64,000 nucleotides of DNA, taken from contig NZ_SDDV01000009.1 in assembly GCF_014773545.1 (NCBI RefSeq), forward strand, positions 16,836 through 80,835, given 5' to 3'. This document shows, in pieces, positions 32,201 through 41,585 of the stretch (position 1 is the stretch's first letter; every line of letters starts with the position of its first letter). The notes below the pieces were generated by a model. That model saw only the letters and a program-made list of their open reading frames with translations, was not told where the DNA came from and ran no database searches. Source of the stretch: Hydrogenophaga sp. Its GTDB lineage: Bacteria; Pseudomonadota; Gammaproteobacteria; Burkholderiales; Burkholderiaceae_C. Position numbers and translations under genes: made by a program.

Positions 32201-32828
32201 GCGAGCAGATGATCTCGGTTGCCGGCACACCGGTTTTCACCAGGTTGACGATGTCGGTCTCGGCAAACACACCGCATTTGGCGGCCACGTGGTGCAGGCG
32301 GCTGTCGTCCCAGGCGATGCTGGCGACCTGCTCTTGCGACAGCCCGACCTTGATCAGGCATTTGTCGATGGTGGCGCCGGTGCCGGAGGCGCACTTGTCG
32401 TTCATCGAGGTGAACACCGAACGGCCGCCGTTTTCGGTTTCTTTGAAGATGATGATCTTGGCGTCCTGCCCACCGAGTTCGACCACCGAACCGACATCCG
32501 GGTGCAGCGTCTCGACCGCCAGCGTGACGGCGTTGACCTCTTGTACGAACTTGGCGCCGAGTTGCGGCGCCAGCGGCGAGCCGCCCGAGCCGGTGATGAA
32601 AATGCGCATGTCTTGCCGCGCGACCGTGGAAAAAGCGGCTTCGATTTCGCCCAGAAACTCCAGCACCAGCTCAGGCTGGCGGGTCTGGTGGCGCCGGTAG
32701 TCGGACCACAAGATCGCCTTGCTGTGTGCATCCACCACGGTCGCCTTCACGGTGGTCGAGCCGACGTCGATGCCGATGACGATTGCTTGCCCGATTTCGG
32801 CGCCGCTGCCGGGCTGAATGGTTTGCAT
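29217..32828 (-). CDS. Tandem BadF/BadG/BcrA/BcrD activase domains fused to a DUF2229-like reductase domain (PlsA-like), 1203 aa
   Basis: GIDVGSTT...ELGGQDAK...NDKCASGTG...KCGVFAETD; second copy GVDGGSTS...DIGGQDIK...NQCSAGNG...GCAVFLDSD; CRSCANEC; IGIPRVL, CFPAKV, RPYHTDPGLNHG, SFKCGHDA. Confidence 0.85.
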   Translation of the reverse strand: MQTIQPGSGAEIGQAIVIGIDVGSTTVKATVVDAHSKAILWSDYRRHQTRQPELVLEFLGEIEAAFSTVARQDMRIFITGSGGSPLAPQLGAKFVQEVNAVTLAVETLHPDVGSVVELGGQDAKIIIFKETENGGRSVFTSMNDKCASGTGATIDKCLIKVGLSQEQVASIAWDDSRLHHVAAKCGVFAETDIVNLVKTGVPATEIICSLADAIVLQNLSVLTRGNTLRAKVLLLGGPNTYLPFLKACWRQRIVATWQERGYDYARELPVEELIITPDNAQYYAAFGAALYAAHEAAEVGRYLGTSALLEYITHGRKARLGAQAGPPLVASTTELDIFRERYAIAPWKPPLIACGSVVEAVIGVDGGSTSSKAVLVDMQGRLLRKEYQLSGGNPIQDTKELLAKLKRYVHEDCGATLSVRGFGATGYAADVLEQCVRADVNVVETVAHMLSAVHFFGDIDVICDIGGQDIKVLFIKNGDINNFRLSNQCSAGNGMLLQAMAAQFGLKVTEYADSAFQAALAPKFSYGCAVFLDSDRVNFQKEGYSKDEMLAGLAQVLPKNVWQYVVQIPRMAALGRKFVLQGGTQYNLAAVKAQVDYIKERVPDAEVYVHPHAGEAGAIGAAMETLRVVKRNGSRFIGLDAAINLQYTTRNDDSTVCRSCANECSRTFIDASTPDGFTARYIAGFSCEQGTVESKEALKQLTRRRKELMKQYPNLVHYEAEHVFRHGYDEAPLPGADSPVQDIAVRKTWSGKIERKPVLRPFRRSPEAAAQRREKLRIGIPRVLSLWTVAPFVRTYFETLGLLRQNVVFSDETTEPMWVEGGKYGSVDPCFPAKVVQAHVHNLLFHHHSEKKPLDYVFFPCITSIGSPLKHVMGNTSCPIIAGAPLVIRAAFTKESDFFASRGISYLAPSLPFTEPALLKKRLFECFAELLGVTEDESDFACEQGALALEQFDADLEQRGRAILEEVEAKNSIALLLLARPYHTDPGLNHGVLEEFQALGYPILSIRSIPKDEAWLARFFEADLSKGSIASPLDIRDVWPENYSANSALKVWAAKFAARHPNVVVLDLSSFKCGHDAPTYGLIDSVIGASATPYSALHDIDANKPGGSIKIRVKTYEHALKLHQERLQDVARKKQELVQRIDEKRLELLQLKSAQLAARHQADLGLVQEIATLRERVRHYQSPPSPQPSATSARRVIPIAAMH

Positions 32829-32858
32829 GCTGGAATCCTTCGAAAGGTTTAGAAAGGT

Positions 32859-33467
32859 CTATGAACGCGGCAAGGGCTTGAGCAAGCCGTACAGGGCAAT
32901 GTCGAGCATCTGGTCGGCGATGGACTTGACCGCCGGCGTGGGTTGCATGCGCGTAGCCAGCGCCACAATGCCCTGGCCTGCGCCCAAAATGGCGGCGGCA
33001 GCCAGCCGTGGATCGCAAGTGCGCACCAGACCCATGCTCATGCCCATGCGCAGCGCCGACTCGATCAAAACCAGAATGCTCTGATAGAACTGTTCAAGCT
33101 TGTCCTGGCAATCGCCATCGAGTCCCTGCGCCTGGTGCAACAGAATCACCACCAGGTCGCGGTCGCTCAAAACCAGGGCCAGCACCCGTTCCAGGTTGGC
33201 GCGCAATTGCTCCAGCGGCGCCGGCATGAGCGGGCTGATTTCGATCACCTCGATCTGCTGGCCGATGCTGGCCAGCAGATCGTCCAGAATGACGTCGAAG
33301 ATCTGGCGCTTGCCGTCGAAGTACAGGTAGAAAGTGCCGCGTGCCACGTCGGCGGCGTCGATGATGTCGGCCACGCTGGCGGCGTGGTAGCCGCGCTGCG
33401 CGAACACCATCTTGGCGCAGCGCAGCAGTTGTTCGCGGCGGTCTTCACCTGTGGCTTTGGGCAGCAA
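32859..33467 (-). CDS. TetR/AcrR family transcriptional regulator
   Basis: RREQLLRCAKMVFAQRGYHAASVADIIDAADVARGTFYLYFDGK HTH; AGGAGA RBS before a TTG start. Confidence 0.93.
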   Translation of the reverse strand: MLPKATGEDRREQLLRCAKMVFAQRGYHAASVADIIDAADVARGTFYLYFDGKRQIFDVILDDLLASIGQQIEVIEISPLMPAPLEQLRANLERVLALVLSDRDLVVILLHQAQGLDGDCQDKLEQFYQSILVLIESALRMGMSMGLVRTCDPRLAAAAILGAGQGIVALATRMQPTPAVKSIADQMLDIALYGLLKPLPRS

Positions 33468-33527
33468 GAGCTTCTCCTGTGATTTAGATGGAACAGGCAG
33501 CCGGGCTCCAAGACGAACACCCGCTGA

Positions 33528-33567
33528 ACTGACATGTCAGTCTAGTGGTGCGCCGTGCTACCGTCAA
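33528..33567 (-). promoter_or_regulatory. Sigma70-like promoter with an overlapping 14-bp palindromic operator candidate
   Basis: Minus strand reads TTGACG-N17-TAGACT (-35 at 33567-33562, -10 at 33544-33539); ACTGACATGTCAGT (33528-33541) is a perfect palindrome overlapping the -10 and predicted start region. Confidence 0.7.
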
Positions 33568-33768
33568 GTGTTGTGACGTGTCTGAGTCCGGTTTTTTTTC
33601 CTGCTCGCGCCACCCGCTTCTGCGCGAGTGCAGCGATGAAGGACGCAGCCTCGCCGCAAGAAGCGGCTCAGCCTCAGGTCCAAACGCCCCTGGGCACGTC
33701 AAGCCGGTCTCGATCCCGCCCGGCCAAGGCAGGCCGGCACGTTCTGCCCGACCCGCCTGCGCCAGCGT

Positions 33769-36603
33769 TCAGCGCGTCTCAAACGGGAGCGTCAGCTTGC
33801 TCAGGTCTTTGCGGGTTTCTACCAACACCAGCGCAGCGTCGTCGACCACGGCGACCTGCCGGGGCTGGCGCGGCGTGTGGATCGACGGCAGTTCGGCGGC
33901 GATGCTGGCTTGTGCCTGCGCCACTTTGCCGGCGTCTGAATTCACCCATTCCAACCCGCCGGCTTGCGCCACTTGTTTGAGTTCATCGAGTGCCAAGGCA
34001 AATGGCTGCACCTGGGGCAAGCTGCGGCTGCTGGCGGCCAGGGGCGCAGCGGCCACAGGTGCAGCAGCAGGCAGCGGCGGCGCCACAAGGGTGGGTGGCG
34101 GCGGCGCCAGCGGCTCGTCCTGCAGCGCAGCATGGGCCGCATGGACGGGTGCGCTGCTCTGCGACTGGTTGAAGTAGCTGCGCAGCGGCGCCTCGAGCGG
34201 GACAACGTTTCCGGTCGGCTTGGACTCGGCGGCAGCCGCCGTGCTGTCAGTTGGAGCGGTCACAGCAGTGGCATCGCCGGCGGTGCGTTCACGCCGCTCG
34301 CGTCCGTAGCGGTCGCGGCTGCGGCGCTCGCGTGGCTCACGCGGCGCCTCGCTGGCTGCTGCAGCGTCAGGCTGCACGGCAACTGAACGGGTTGTGGCGG
34401 CATCTTGCAGCGGCGCAAGCTCTGCCTGCGGGCTATCTGCCTCGGGCTGGCGTCTTCGGCTGTCATTGCGCGGCGCGCGCTCGCGGCGCACAGGGGCGCC
34501 AGCGTCGGCTGGTGCGGCCAACGGGGCGCTGCTGGCCGGTGCAGCCTGGTCTGCGCCCAAGGCTTCGGGGGCGATTGGGGTGTCGCGCCGCTGTTCGCGC
34601 CGACCGCTGCTGCGCGCTTCGGGGCGACCTGCATCCCGGGCTTCTGTGCGCGCCTCGCCACGCCTGGGTTCATTGCGGATGGGCGGGCGGCTGTCGCCCT
34701 CGCGCCGTTCGCCGCGGCCGTTGCGGCTCTCGGGCCGCGCCGCGCGTGGCTCTCGCGCCTCGGCCGTCGTGTGGCCGCTGCCCTCGCGCCGCACGGGCGC
34801 CAGGGTAGCGCGCGGGCTTGCGGCTGCTGTCGGTGCCGCCGCTGGAGCGGGCACTGACGCGCCACCGCCGCCGAACAGGCTTTTGATCCAGCCGAAAAAG
34901 CCTTTTTCGGATGTCACCGTGGGCTGGGCCACTGCTGTAGCTGCTGGCTGGGCCAGCGCCTCAGGGGGGGGTGTGGTGCGCGCGGCGGACAGCGGGGCCG
35001 GTCCATCGGGCAGCACACCCTTGATGACCGGCTCTTGCTTGTTGCTGCGTTCTTGACTGCGGCGCGTGAAGGTGGCGATGGCGTCGACTTCCTCGGCCAG
35101 CTTGTAGCTGGCGTCCAGGCTCTCCAGGCGCAGGTCGTCGTGTTTGAGGCGTTCGAGCTTGTAGTTTGGCGTCTCGAACGACTTGTTCGGCACCAACAGC
35201 ACGTTGATGCGCTGCTTGAGTTCGATCTTGGTGATTTCGGTGCGCTTTTCATTGAGCAAGAAACTGGCCACTTCGACCGGCACCTGCACCAGCACCGCCG
35301 CCGTGCTGTCTTTGAGCGACTCTTCCTGGATGATGCGCAGGATTTGCAGCGCCGAACTTTCGGTATCGCGGATATGGCCCGAGCCCCCGCAGCGCGGGCA
35401 GGGTATGGACGCGCCTTCGTTGAGCGCGGGCTTCAGGCGCTGGCGGCTCATCTCGAGCAGACCGAACTTGCTGATGGCGCTGAACTGGACGCGCGCGCGA
35501 TCCTGGCGCAGCGCGTCGCGCAGGCGGTTTTCCACCTCGCGGCGGTTCTTGCTCTCATCCATGTCGATGAAGTCGATCACGATCAGGCCGCCGAGGTCGC
35601 GCAGACGGGCCTGGCGCGCCACTTCGTCGGCCGCTTCCAGATTGGTGCGGGTGGCGGTCTCCTCGATGTCCGAGCCTTTGATGGCGCGCGCCGAGTTGAC
35701 ATCCACCGCCACCAGCGCTTCGGTCTGGTCGATCACGATGGCGCCACCCGAAGGCAGGTTGACCGTTCGGCTGTAGGCGGTCTCGATCTGGTGTTCGATC
35801 TGAAAACGCGAAAACAGCGGCGCGTCGTCGCGGTAGCGCTTGACGCGATGCCTCTGCTCGGGCATCACGTGGCTCATGAACTGGTGCGCCTGCTCAAATA
35901 TGTCATCGGTGTCGATCAAAATCTCACCAATGTCGCTGTTGAAATAGTCGCGAATGGCTCGAATCACCAGGCTTGACTCCTGGTAGATCAAAAACGCGCC
36001 CTTGCCGCTTTGCGCTGCGCCGTCGATCGCGCTCCACAATTTGAGCAGGTAATTCAGATCCCATTGCAACTCGGGTGCGTCGCGGCCAATGCCGGCGGTG
36101 CGCGCGATGATGCTCATGCCGCCGGGGTACTCCAGTTGGTCGAGCGCAGCCTTGAGATCTTGCCGGTCCTCGCCTTCAATGCGCCGCGAGACGCCGCCAC
36201 CGCGCGGGTTGTTGGGCATCAGCACCACGTAGCGCCCGGCCAGGCTGATGAACGTAGTCAGGGCTGCGCCCTTGCTGCCGCGCTCTTCCTTTTCAACCTG
36301 AATCAGCAGACCCTGACCTTCGCGGATGACGTCGTTGATGCGTGCCTGCGCCGGCGCCGCATTGCCCTGGAAGTACTGGCGTGAAATTTCTTTGAACGGC
36401 AAGAAACCGTGCCGGTCTTCACCGTAATCGACGAAACACGCTTCCAGCGCGGGCTCGACGCGCGTGACGATGGCCTTGTAGATATTTCCCTTGCGCTGCT
36501 CGCGTCCCTCGATTTCGATTTCGTAGTCGAGCAGTTTTTGCCCGTCCACAATCGCCAGGCGGCGCTCTTCGGCCTGCGTGGCGTTGATCAACATGCGTTT
36601 CAT
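33769..36603 (-). CDS. rne: Ribonuclease E
   Basis: MKRMLINATQAEERRLAIVDGQ, VDVNSARA, DFIDM, CPRC Zn-link, long disordered Arg/Pro/Ala-rich C-terminus. Confidence 0.97.
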   Translation of the reverse strand: MKRMLINATQAEERRLAIVDGQKLLDYEIEIEGREQRKGNIYKAIVTRVEPALEACFVDYGEDRHGFLPFKEISRQYFQGNAAPAQARINDVIREGQGLLIQVEKEERGSKGAALTTFISLAGRYVVLMPNNPRGGGVSRRIEGEDRQDLKAALDQLEYPGGMSIIARTAGIGRDAPELQWDLNYLLKLWSAIDGAAQSGKGAFLIYQESSLVIRAIRDYFNSDIGEILIDTDDIFEQAHQFMSHVMPEQRHRVKRYRDDAPLFSRFQIEHQIETAYSRTVNLPSGGAIVIDQTEALVAVDVNSARAIKGSDIEETATRTNLEAADEVARQARLRDLGGLIVIDFIDMDESKNRREVENRLRDALRQDRARVQFSAISKFGLLEMSRQRLKPALNEGASIPCPRCGGSGHIRDTESSALQILRIIQEESLKDSTAAVLVQVPVEVASFLLNEKRTEITKIELKQRINVLLVPNKSFETPNYKLERLKHDDLRLESLDASYKLAEEVDAIATFTRRSQERSNKQEPVIKGVLPDGPAPLSAARTTPPPEALAQPAATAVAQPTVTSEKGFFGWIKSLFGGGGASVPAPAAAPTAAASPRATLAPVRREGSGHTTAEAREPRAARPESRNGRGERREGDSRPPIRNEPRRGEARTEARDAGRPEARSSGRREQRRDTPIAPEALGADQAAPASSAPLAAPADAGAPVRRERAPRNDSRRRQPEADSPQAELAPLQDAATTRSVAVQPDAAAASEAPREPRERRSRDRYGRERRERTAGDATAVTAPTDSTAAAAESKPTGNVVPLEAPLRSYFNQSQSSAPVHAAHAALQDEPLAPPPPTLVAPPLPAAAPVAAAPLAASSRSLPQVQPFALALDELKQVAQAGGLEWVNSDAGKVAQAQASIAAELPSIHTPRQPRQVAVVDDAALVLVETRKDLSKLTLPFETR

Positions 36604-37184
36604 GAGACGTTTTCCTTCGTTCAAACTCAAACAAGACACCGGGAAGAACCCAGGCGTCGACCGGCCATGAACCAGCGGAAAAGCACGAACGGGGGGAGGA
36701 ATTGCCGGAGAGCCGATGACCCGCGATTCGGGGCGGCGGCCAGCGCATGGAAGCGCCAAGCATGCCGCGTCGAACCACCGGGTCAGGGCGTAGGCGCGTG
36801 GAGTCGGGTGAGCAGGGAATTGGCCAGTGGCTTGTCAGTGACATGAACCGGCTCGCAGTGTCTCTGGTTTCACTTTGTCCTCGGACAGCCGTTTTGCGCC
36901 GGCTGGCCGATTGGGGTATTCCGTATTCAGGTTCGCAGTTTTCTTGGCGGGTTCGCCCGCCGCCTAAACCAGGGCTGGCGCCACACCTGGATTCACCTCG
37001 GAATGCAGCAGGAAACGGACGCAGAGCCCCGCTGGCGCGGGTGGCAACTTCAACCAGTCACGTGCGGTCCCTTGCCAGACTCCAGGGCTAACCTTAAACT
37101 TCTGGCGAATCAAACACTTACGGCGTATGACTGGCGTGACGCATTATAGTCCTGCTTTTGCTCAACGATTGCCGCCCTCTGCCC

Positions 37185-38171
37185 ATGTCCCACGCCCCCT
37201 CCCCTGTTGCCGTGCGGCACCTCACGGTCGATGTCGAATCGGACGGCCAGCGGCTGGACAATTTTTTGCTGCGCGAGCTCAAGGGCGTTCCCAAGTCGCA
37301 CATCTACCGCATCATCCGCTCCGGCGAGGTGCGCCGCAACAAGGGCCGCGTGCGCGCCGACGAGCGCGTCGCCGCCGGTGACGCGCTGCGCATTCCACCC
37401 TTGCGCGTGTCCGAGCGCGCCCAAGAGAAAATTGACCATCCCGCACCCGCGCGAGACTTCCCCGTGCTGTACGAGGACGATTTCTTTTTGGCCATTGACA
37501 AGCCGGCTGGGGTCGCCGTGCACGGTGGCAGTGGCGTCAGTTTTGGCGTGATCGAGCAAATGCGCCAAGCCCGACCGCAGGCGCCGATGCTCGAACTGGT
37601 GCACAGACTCGACCGTGATACCAGCGGTCTGCTCTTGATTGCCAAGAAAAAAAACGCGCTCAAATCCTTGCAAGACCAGTTTCGTTCCCGTGCCACTGGC
37701 AAAACCTATTTGGCGCTGGTCAAAGGCCATTGGCCTGCACAACTGAAACAACTGGATCAACCGCTGCACAAATATGTGCTGGCCGACGGCGAACGGCGGG
37801 TCAAAGTCACCACCGCCGCCGACCCCGACGGTCAATACGCGCTGACCCAGGTTCGGGTGCTCAAGCGCCTGACGGCAGCGGCGGGACTGGCGGCGGCGCC
37901 GACGATTGGCTTGAGTTTGCTCGAAGTCAACATCAAAACCGGACGCACACATCAGATTCGGGTGCATCTGGCGAGTGCTGGCCACCCAATAGCGGGCGAC
38001 GACAAATACGGCGATTTCGAATTCAACCGCCAATGGAGCCAGTGCGGCTGCAAACGCATGTTCCTGCATGCCTGGCGGCTGCGGCTGACGCACCCCATCA
38101 CGGCTGATGCCCTCGAGTTACATTCCGAATTGCCTGCCGCTTTGCATATCTGGCTGCAAACCGTGGCCTAG
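37185..38171 (+). CDS. rluC: RluA-family 23S rRNA pseudouridine synthase (RluC)
   Basis: S4 domain GQRLDNFL, VHRLDRDTSG, TGRTHQIRVH, FLHAWRL; divergent from rne. Confidence 0.9.
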   Translation: MSHAPSPVAVRHLTVDVESDGQRLDNFLLRELKGVPKSHIYRIIRSGEVRRNKGRVRADERVAAGDALRIPPLRVSERAQEKIDHPAPARDFPVLYEDDFFLAIDKPAGVAVHGGSGVSFGVIEQMRQARPQAPMLELVHRLDRDTSGLLLIAKKKNALKSLQDQFRSRATGKTYLALVKGHWPAQLKQLDQPLHKYVLADGERRVKVTTAADPDGQYALTQVRVLKRLTAAAGLAAAPTIGLSLLEVNIKTGRTHQIRVHLASAGHPIAGDDKYGDFEFNRQWSQCGCKRMFLHAWRLRLTHPITADALELHSELPAALHIWLQTVA

Positions 38172-38252
38172 CGAGTTACAATGCCGCGCAGCAGACTTGT
38201 GCTGCCCACGTCATCCGCATCACAACCTACCGACCCCTCCAGGATTCATAAA

Positions 38253-38567
38253 ATGTCCACTTATTCCGAACTCATGGCACAGGCGCAGGCACTTATTGCC
38301 CAAGCCGAACAGGCGCGCAAAGATGAACTCTCCGCCGTCATTGCAGACATCAAAGCCAAAATGAAAGAGTACGGCATCAAGGTCGCCGACCTAGGCAGTG
38401 CCAATGCAAGCGCAGGAGTGCGCAAAGGTGCCAAGTCAAAAGCAGTTCTGCCAGCGAAATTCCGTGGCCCGAGCGGCGAACTTTGGGCCGGTGGCCCGGG
38501 CCGCAAACCCGAATGGGTGCGCGATGCGCTGGCGGCCGGCCGGTCGCTGGATGAATTTCGCATCTGA
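38253..38567 (+). CDS. hns: H-NS family nucleoid-associated protein
   Basis: MSTYSELMAQAQALIAQAEQARKDELSAVIADIKAKMKEYGI...PAKFRGPSGELWAGGPGRKPEW. Confidence 0.85.
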   Translation: MSTYSELMAQAQALIAQAEQARKDELSAVIADIKAKMKEYGIKVADLGSANASAGVRKGAKSKAVLPAKFRGPSGELWAGGPGRKPEWVRDALAAGRSLDEFRI

Positions 38568-38616
38568 TCGACAGCGCAGCAGCGCTGCCAGCTCCGTCGG
38601 CCGGTTTTCTGGCCAC

Positions 38617-38653
38617 TCATGAAAAAACCCGCTCAAAGCGGGTTTTTTCATGA
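38617..38653. terminator. Bidirectional intrinsic terminator-like hairpin after hns
   Basis: TCATGAAAAAACCCGCT-caa-AGCGGGTTTTTTCATGA, perfect 17-bp stem. Confidence 0.85.
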
Positions 38654-38787
38654 GAAAAACCGCTTGCGACACTTTTTCTCCAGGCGTTTATCACCGAAAG
38701 TTATAAAGAAACAAAAATAAAGTCGTTTGCGATTCAAAATCATCCACTCAGAATCGACGCCATTCCCCTGTTTGTTTTGGAGTTTTG

Positions 38788-39786
38788 ATGAAACATTTTC
38801 TGCGCGCTGCGCTTGTCGCACTCACTTTGAGCGCTTCGGCCCTGGCGGGAGCCCAGACCACGCTGCTAAATGTCTCTTACGACCTGTCGCGCGAATACTT
38901 CCGCGACATCAACGCCGCTTTCATTGCCCAGCAACTGGCCAGCAGCGGCCAGACCATCACCATCAACCAGTCGCACGGTGGCTCCAGCGCGCAGGCGCGC
39001 GCCGTCTCCGACGGCTTGGCGGCCGACGTGGTGACCATGAACACCGTTACCGACTTGGAATTTCTGGCCGGCCGCGGCGTGATTGCCGCCGACTGGGCGC
39101 GCCAATTTCCACACAACGCCGCACCCACCACTTCGACCATCTTGTTTCTGGTGCGCAACGGCAACCCCAAAGGCATCAAAGACTGGAACGACCTGATTCG
39201 TCCCGGCGTGCAGGTGGTGGTGGCGAATCCGAAAACCAGCGGCAACGGCCGCATGGCTTATCTGGCAGCCTGGGGCTTTGTGCGCAGCCAAGGCGGCAGC
39301 GACGCGCAGGCGGCAGAGTTTGTGCGCCAGCTCTACCGCAACGTGCCCTTGCTGGCACGTGCCGGACGCGACGCCACCGGGGCCTTTTTGCAGCGCAACA
39401 TAGGCGACGTGCTGCTTACTTTTGAATCCGAGGTGGTGCTGGTCGAGCGTGAATTCGGCCTGGGCCGGGTCGATGTGGTGCACCCGTCGGTCAGCATCAA
39501 AGCGGAAAACCCGGTGGCGCTGGTGCAGCGCACCATAGAGCGCAAGGGCACGCAGGCGCTGGCCCGCGCCTACCTGGACTTTCTCTACAGCGAGCCAGCG
39601 CAGGAAATCGCCGCCCGCCACGGTCTGCGCCCGCGCTCGCAGGCGGTGCTGCAGCGGCACGCCAATACCTTTAGGCCGATCAGGCTATTCACCATTTCCG
39701 AGTACTTTGGCTCGCCCGCACAGGCGCAGCGGGTGCATTTCAACGACGGTGGCACCTTCGACCAGATTTTTACCCAGGGGCGCTAA
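38788..39786 (+). CDS. sbp: Sulfate/thiosulfate ABC transporter substrate-binding protein
   Basis: LLNVSYD, QSHGGSSAQARAV, NPKTSGNGR, HFNDGGTFDQI. Confidence 0.92.
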   Translation: MKHFLRAALVALTLSASALAGAQTTLLNVSYDLSREYFRDINAAFIAQQLASSGQTITINQSHGGSSAQARAVSDGLAADVVTMNTVTDLEFLAGRGVIAADWARQFPHNAAPTTSTILFLVRNGNPKGIKDWNDLIRPGVQVVVANPKTSGNGRMAYLAAWGFVRSQGGSDAQAAEFVRQLYRNVPLLARAGRDATGAFLQRNIGDVLLTFESEVVLVEREFGLGRVDVVHPSVSIKAENPVALVQRTIERKGTQALARAYLDFLYSEPAQEIAARHGLRPRSQAVLQRHANTFRPIRLFTISEYFGSPAQAQRVHFNDGGTFDQIFTQGR

Positions 39787-40677
39787 ATGAGTTCGTCTGC
39801 CACTTTGGCAGCAGCGCGGCCAGACCTGCTGCCTGCCGCCGGCAAACGGCGCCCCAATCGGCGCGTGCTGCCGGGGCTGAACCTGACCTTGGGTTTCACC
39901 GTTTTTTACCTCAGCCTGATCGTGCTGATTCCGCTGTCGGCGCTGGTGCTCAAAACGTTCACCCTGAGTTGGGCCGAATTTTGGGACGCCGTGACGACGC
40001 CGCGCGCGCTCGCCTCGTACCGCCTGACCTTTGGCGCGTCTTTGCTGGCCGCACTGGTGAATGCGTTCTTTGGCTTGTTGGTGGCCTGGGTGCTGGTGCG
40101 CTACCGATTTCCAGGCAAGAAAATCGTCGATGCCCTGGTTGATCTGCCGTTTGCCTTGCCCACCGCGGTGGCCGGTATTTCGCTGGCGGCGTTGTTGGCT
40201 GGCAATGGCTGGATCGGCCGCTTTCTGGAGCCGCACGGGATTCAGATTGCCTTTACCCCGGCCGGGGTGGTGGTGGCGCTGATCTTCATTGGACTGCCCT
40301 TCGTCGTGCGCACGGTGCAGCCGGTGCTGCAAGACTTGGAAAAGGAGCTGGAAGAGGCCGCGATGTGCCTGGGTGCAACGCGCTGGCAGACTTTTGCCCG
40401 CATCATTTTTCCCGCCATTGGCCCGGCCTTGCTGACCGGTTTTGCCATGGCTTTTGCGCGCGCCGTGGGCGAATACGGCTCGGTGATATTCATTGCGGGC
40501 AATATTCCGCTGGTGTCGGAGATTACGCCGCTGATCATCATCAGCCGCCTGGAGCAGTTTGATTACGCCGGCGCCACCGCCGTCGCATCGGTCATGCTGC
40601 TCGCCTCATTCCTGCTGCTGCTGCTCATCAATGGCCTGCAGAGCTGGCAGCGCAAGCGTTCGGGAGGCAGCATATGA
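39787..40677 (+). CDS. cysT: Sulfate ABC transporter permease CysT
   Basis: [32 protein letters not shown]. Confidence 0.95.
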   Translation: MSSSATLAAARPDLLPAAGKRRPNRRVLPGLNLTLGFTVFYLSLIVLIPLSALVLKTFTLSWAEFWDAVTTPRALASYRLTFGASLLAALVNAFFGLLVAWVLVRYRFPGKKIVDALVDLPFALPTAVAGISLAALLAGNGWIGRFLEPHGIQIAFTPAGVVVALIFIGLPFVVRTVQPVLQDLEKELEEAAMCLGATRWQTFARIIFPAIGPALLTGFAMAFARAVGEYGSVIFIAGNIPLVSEITPLIIISRLEQFDYAGATAVASVMLLASFLLLLLINGLQSWQRKRSGGSI

Positions 40678-41585
40678 GCCGCAGCCAGCAAAGTGTGGCT
40701 CAGTTGAGGCTGCCGCGCACGACGGAGTCGGCATGGGTGCGCCGCACCCTGATCGGGGTGGCGCTGGGCTTTATGTTTTTGTTCCTGGTGCTGCCGCTGG
40801 CGGCTGTCTTTACCGAAGCCCTGCGACTGGGTTGGTTTGCCTACCTGAGCGCGATTCAAGAGCCCGACGCGCAGGCCGCGATTCGCCTGACACTGCTGAC
40901 CGCCGCCGTGGCCGTGCCGCTGAACCTGCTGTTTGGCGTGGCGGCCGCCTGGGCGGTGGCCAAGCACGAGTTCTGGGGCAAGTCGTTCCTGACCACGCTG
41001 ATCGACCTGCCGTTTTCGGTCTCACCGGTGGTCGCCGGCCTGATTTACGTGCTGGTATTTGGCGCCCACGGATGGCTGGGGCCTTGGCTGCTGGAGCATG
41101 ACATCCAGATCATCTTCGCCGTGCCCGGAATCATTTTGGTCACGCTGTTCGTCACTTTTCCTTTCATCGCCCGCGAACTGATTCCGCTCATGCAAGCGCA
41201 GGGCAACGAAGAAGAACAGGCCGCACTGGTGCTGGGTGCCAGCGGCTGGCAGACCTTTTGGCGCGTCACCGTGCCCAACATCAAATGGGGGCTGATCTAC
41301 GGCGTGATTCTGTGCAACGCACGCGCCATGGGCGAGTTCGGCGCCGTCTCGGTGGTTTCGGGCCACATTCGCGGCCAGACCAACACCATGCCGCTGCACG
41401 TCGAGGTGCTCTACAACGAATACCAGGCGGTGGCGGCGTTTGCGGTGGCCTCGCTGTTGGCGCTGCTGGCGATCGTCACGCTGGTGATCAAATCGGTGGT
41501 CGAATGGCGGCACGAAAACGAACTCAGGGCCAGCGTCGAGCTGGCGCCCGAGCGCGCACCCGTGATTATGAAAGCAAGCACATGA
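40674..41585 (+). CDS. cysW: Sulfate ABC transporter permease CysW
   Basis: [36 protein letters not shown]. Confidence 0.95.
   Translation: MSRSQQSVAQLRLPRTTESAWVRRTLIGVALGFMFLFLVLPLAAVFTEALRLGWFAYLSAIQEPDAQAAIRLTLLTAAVAVPLNLLFGVAAAWAVAKHEFWGKSFLTTLIDLPFSVSPVVAGLIYVLVFGAHGWLGPWLLEHDIQIIFAVPGIILVTLFVTFPFIARELIPLMQAQGNEEEQAALVLGASGWQTFWRVTVPNIKWGLIYGVILCNARAMGEFGAVSVVSGHIRGQTNTMPLHVEVLYNEYQAVAAFAVASLLALLAIVTLVIKSVVEWRHENELRASVELAPERAPVIMKAST

Noticed and set aside
29292-32852. 1186-aa plus-strand ORF, and similar long ORFs at 14869-16779, 19728-22079 and 60597-63845
   Set aside because: Antisense shadows of well-supported genes in high-GC DNA, with no recognisable motifs
38654-38787. AT-rich stretch upstream of sbp as a CysB/LysR site
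   Set aside because: Plausible from context, but I could not define a convincing dyad
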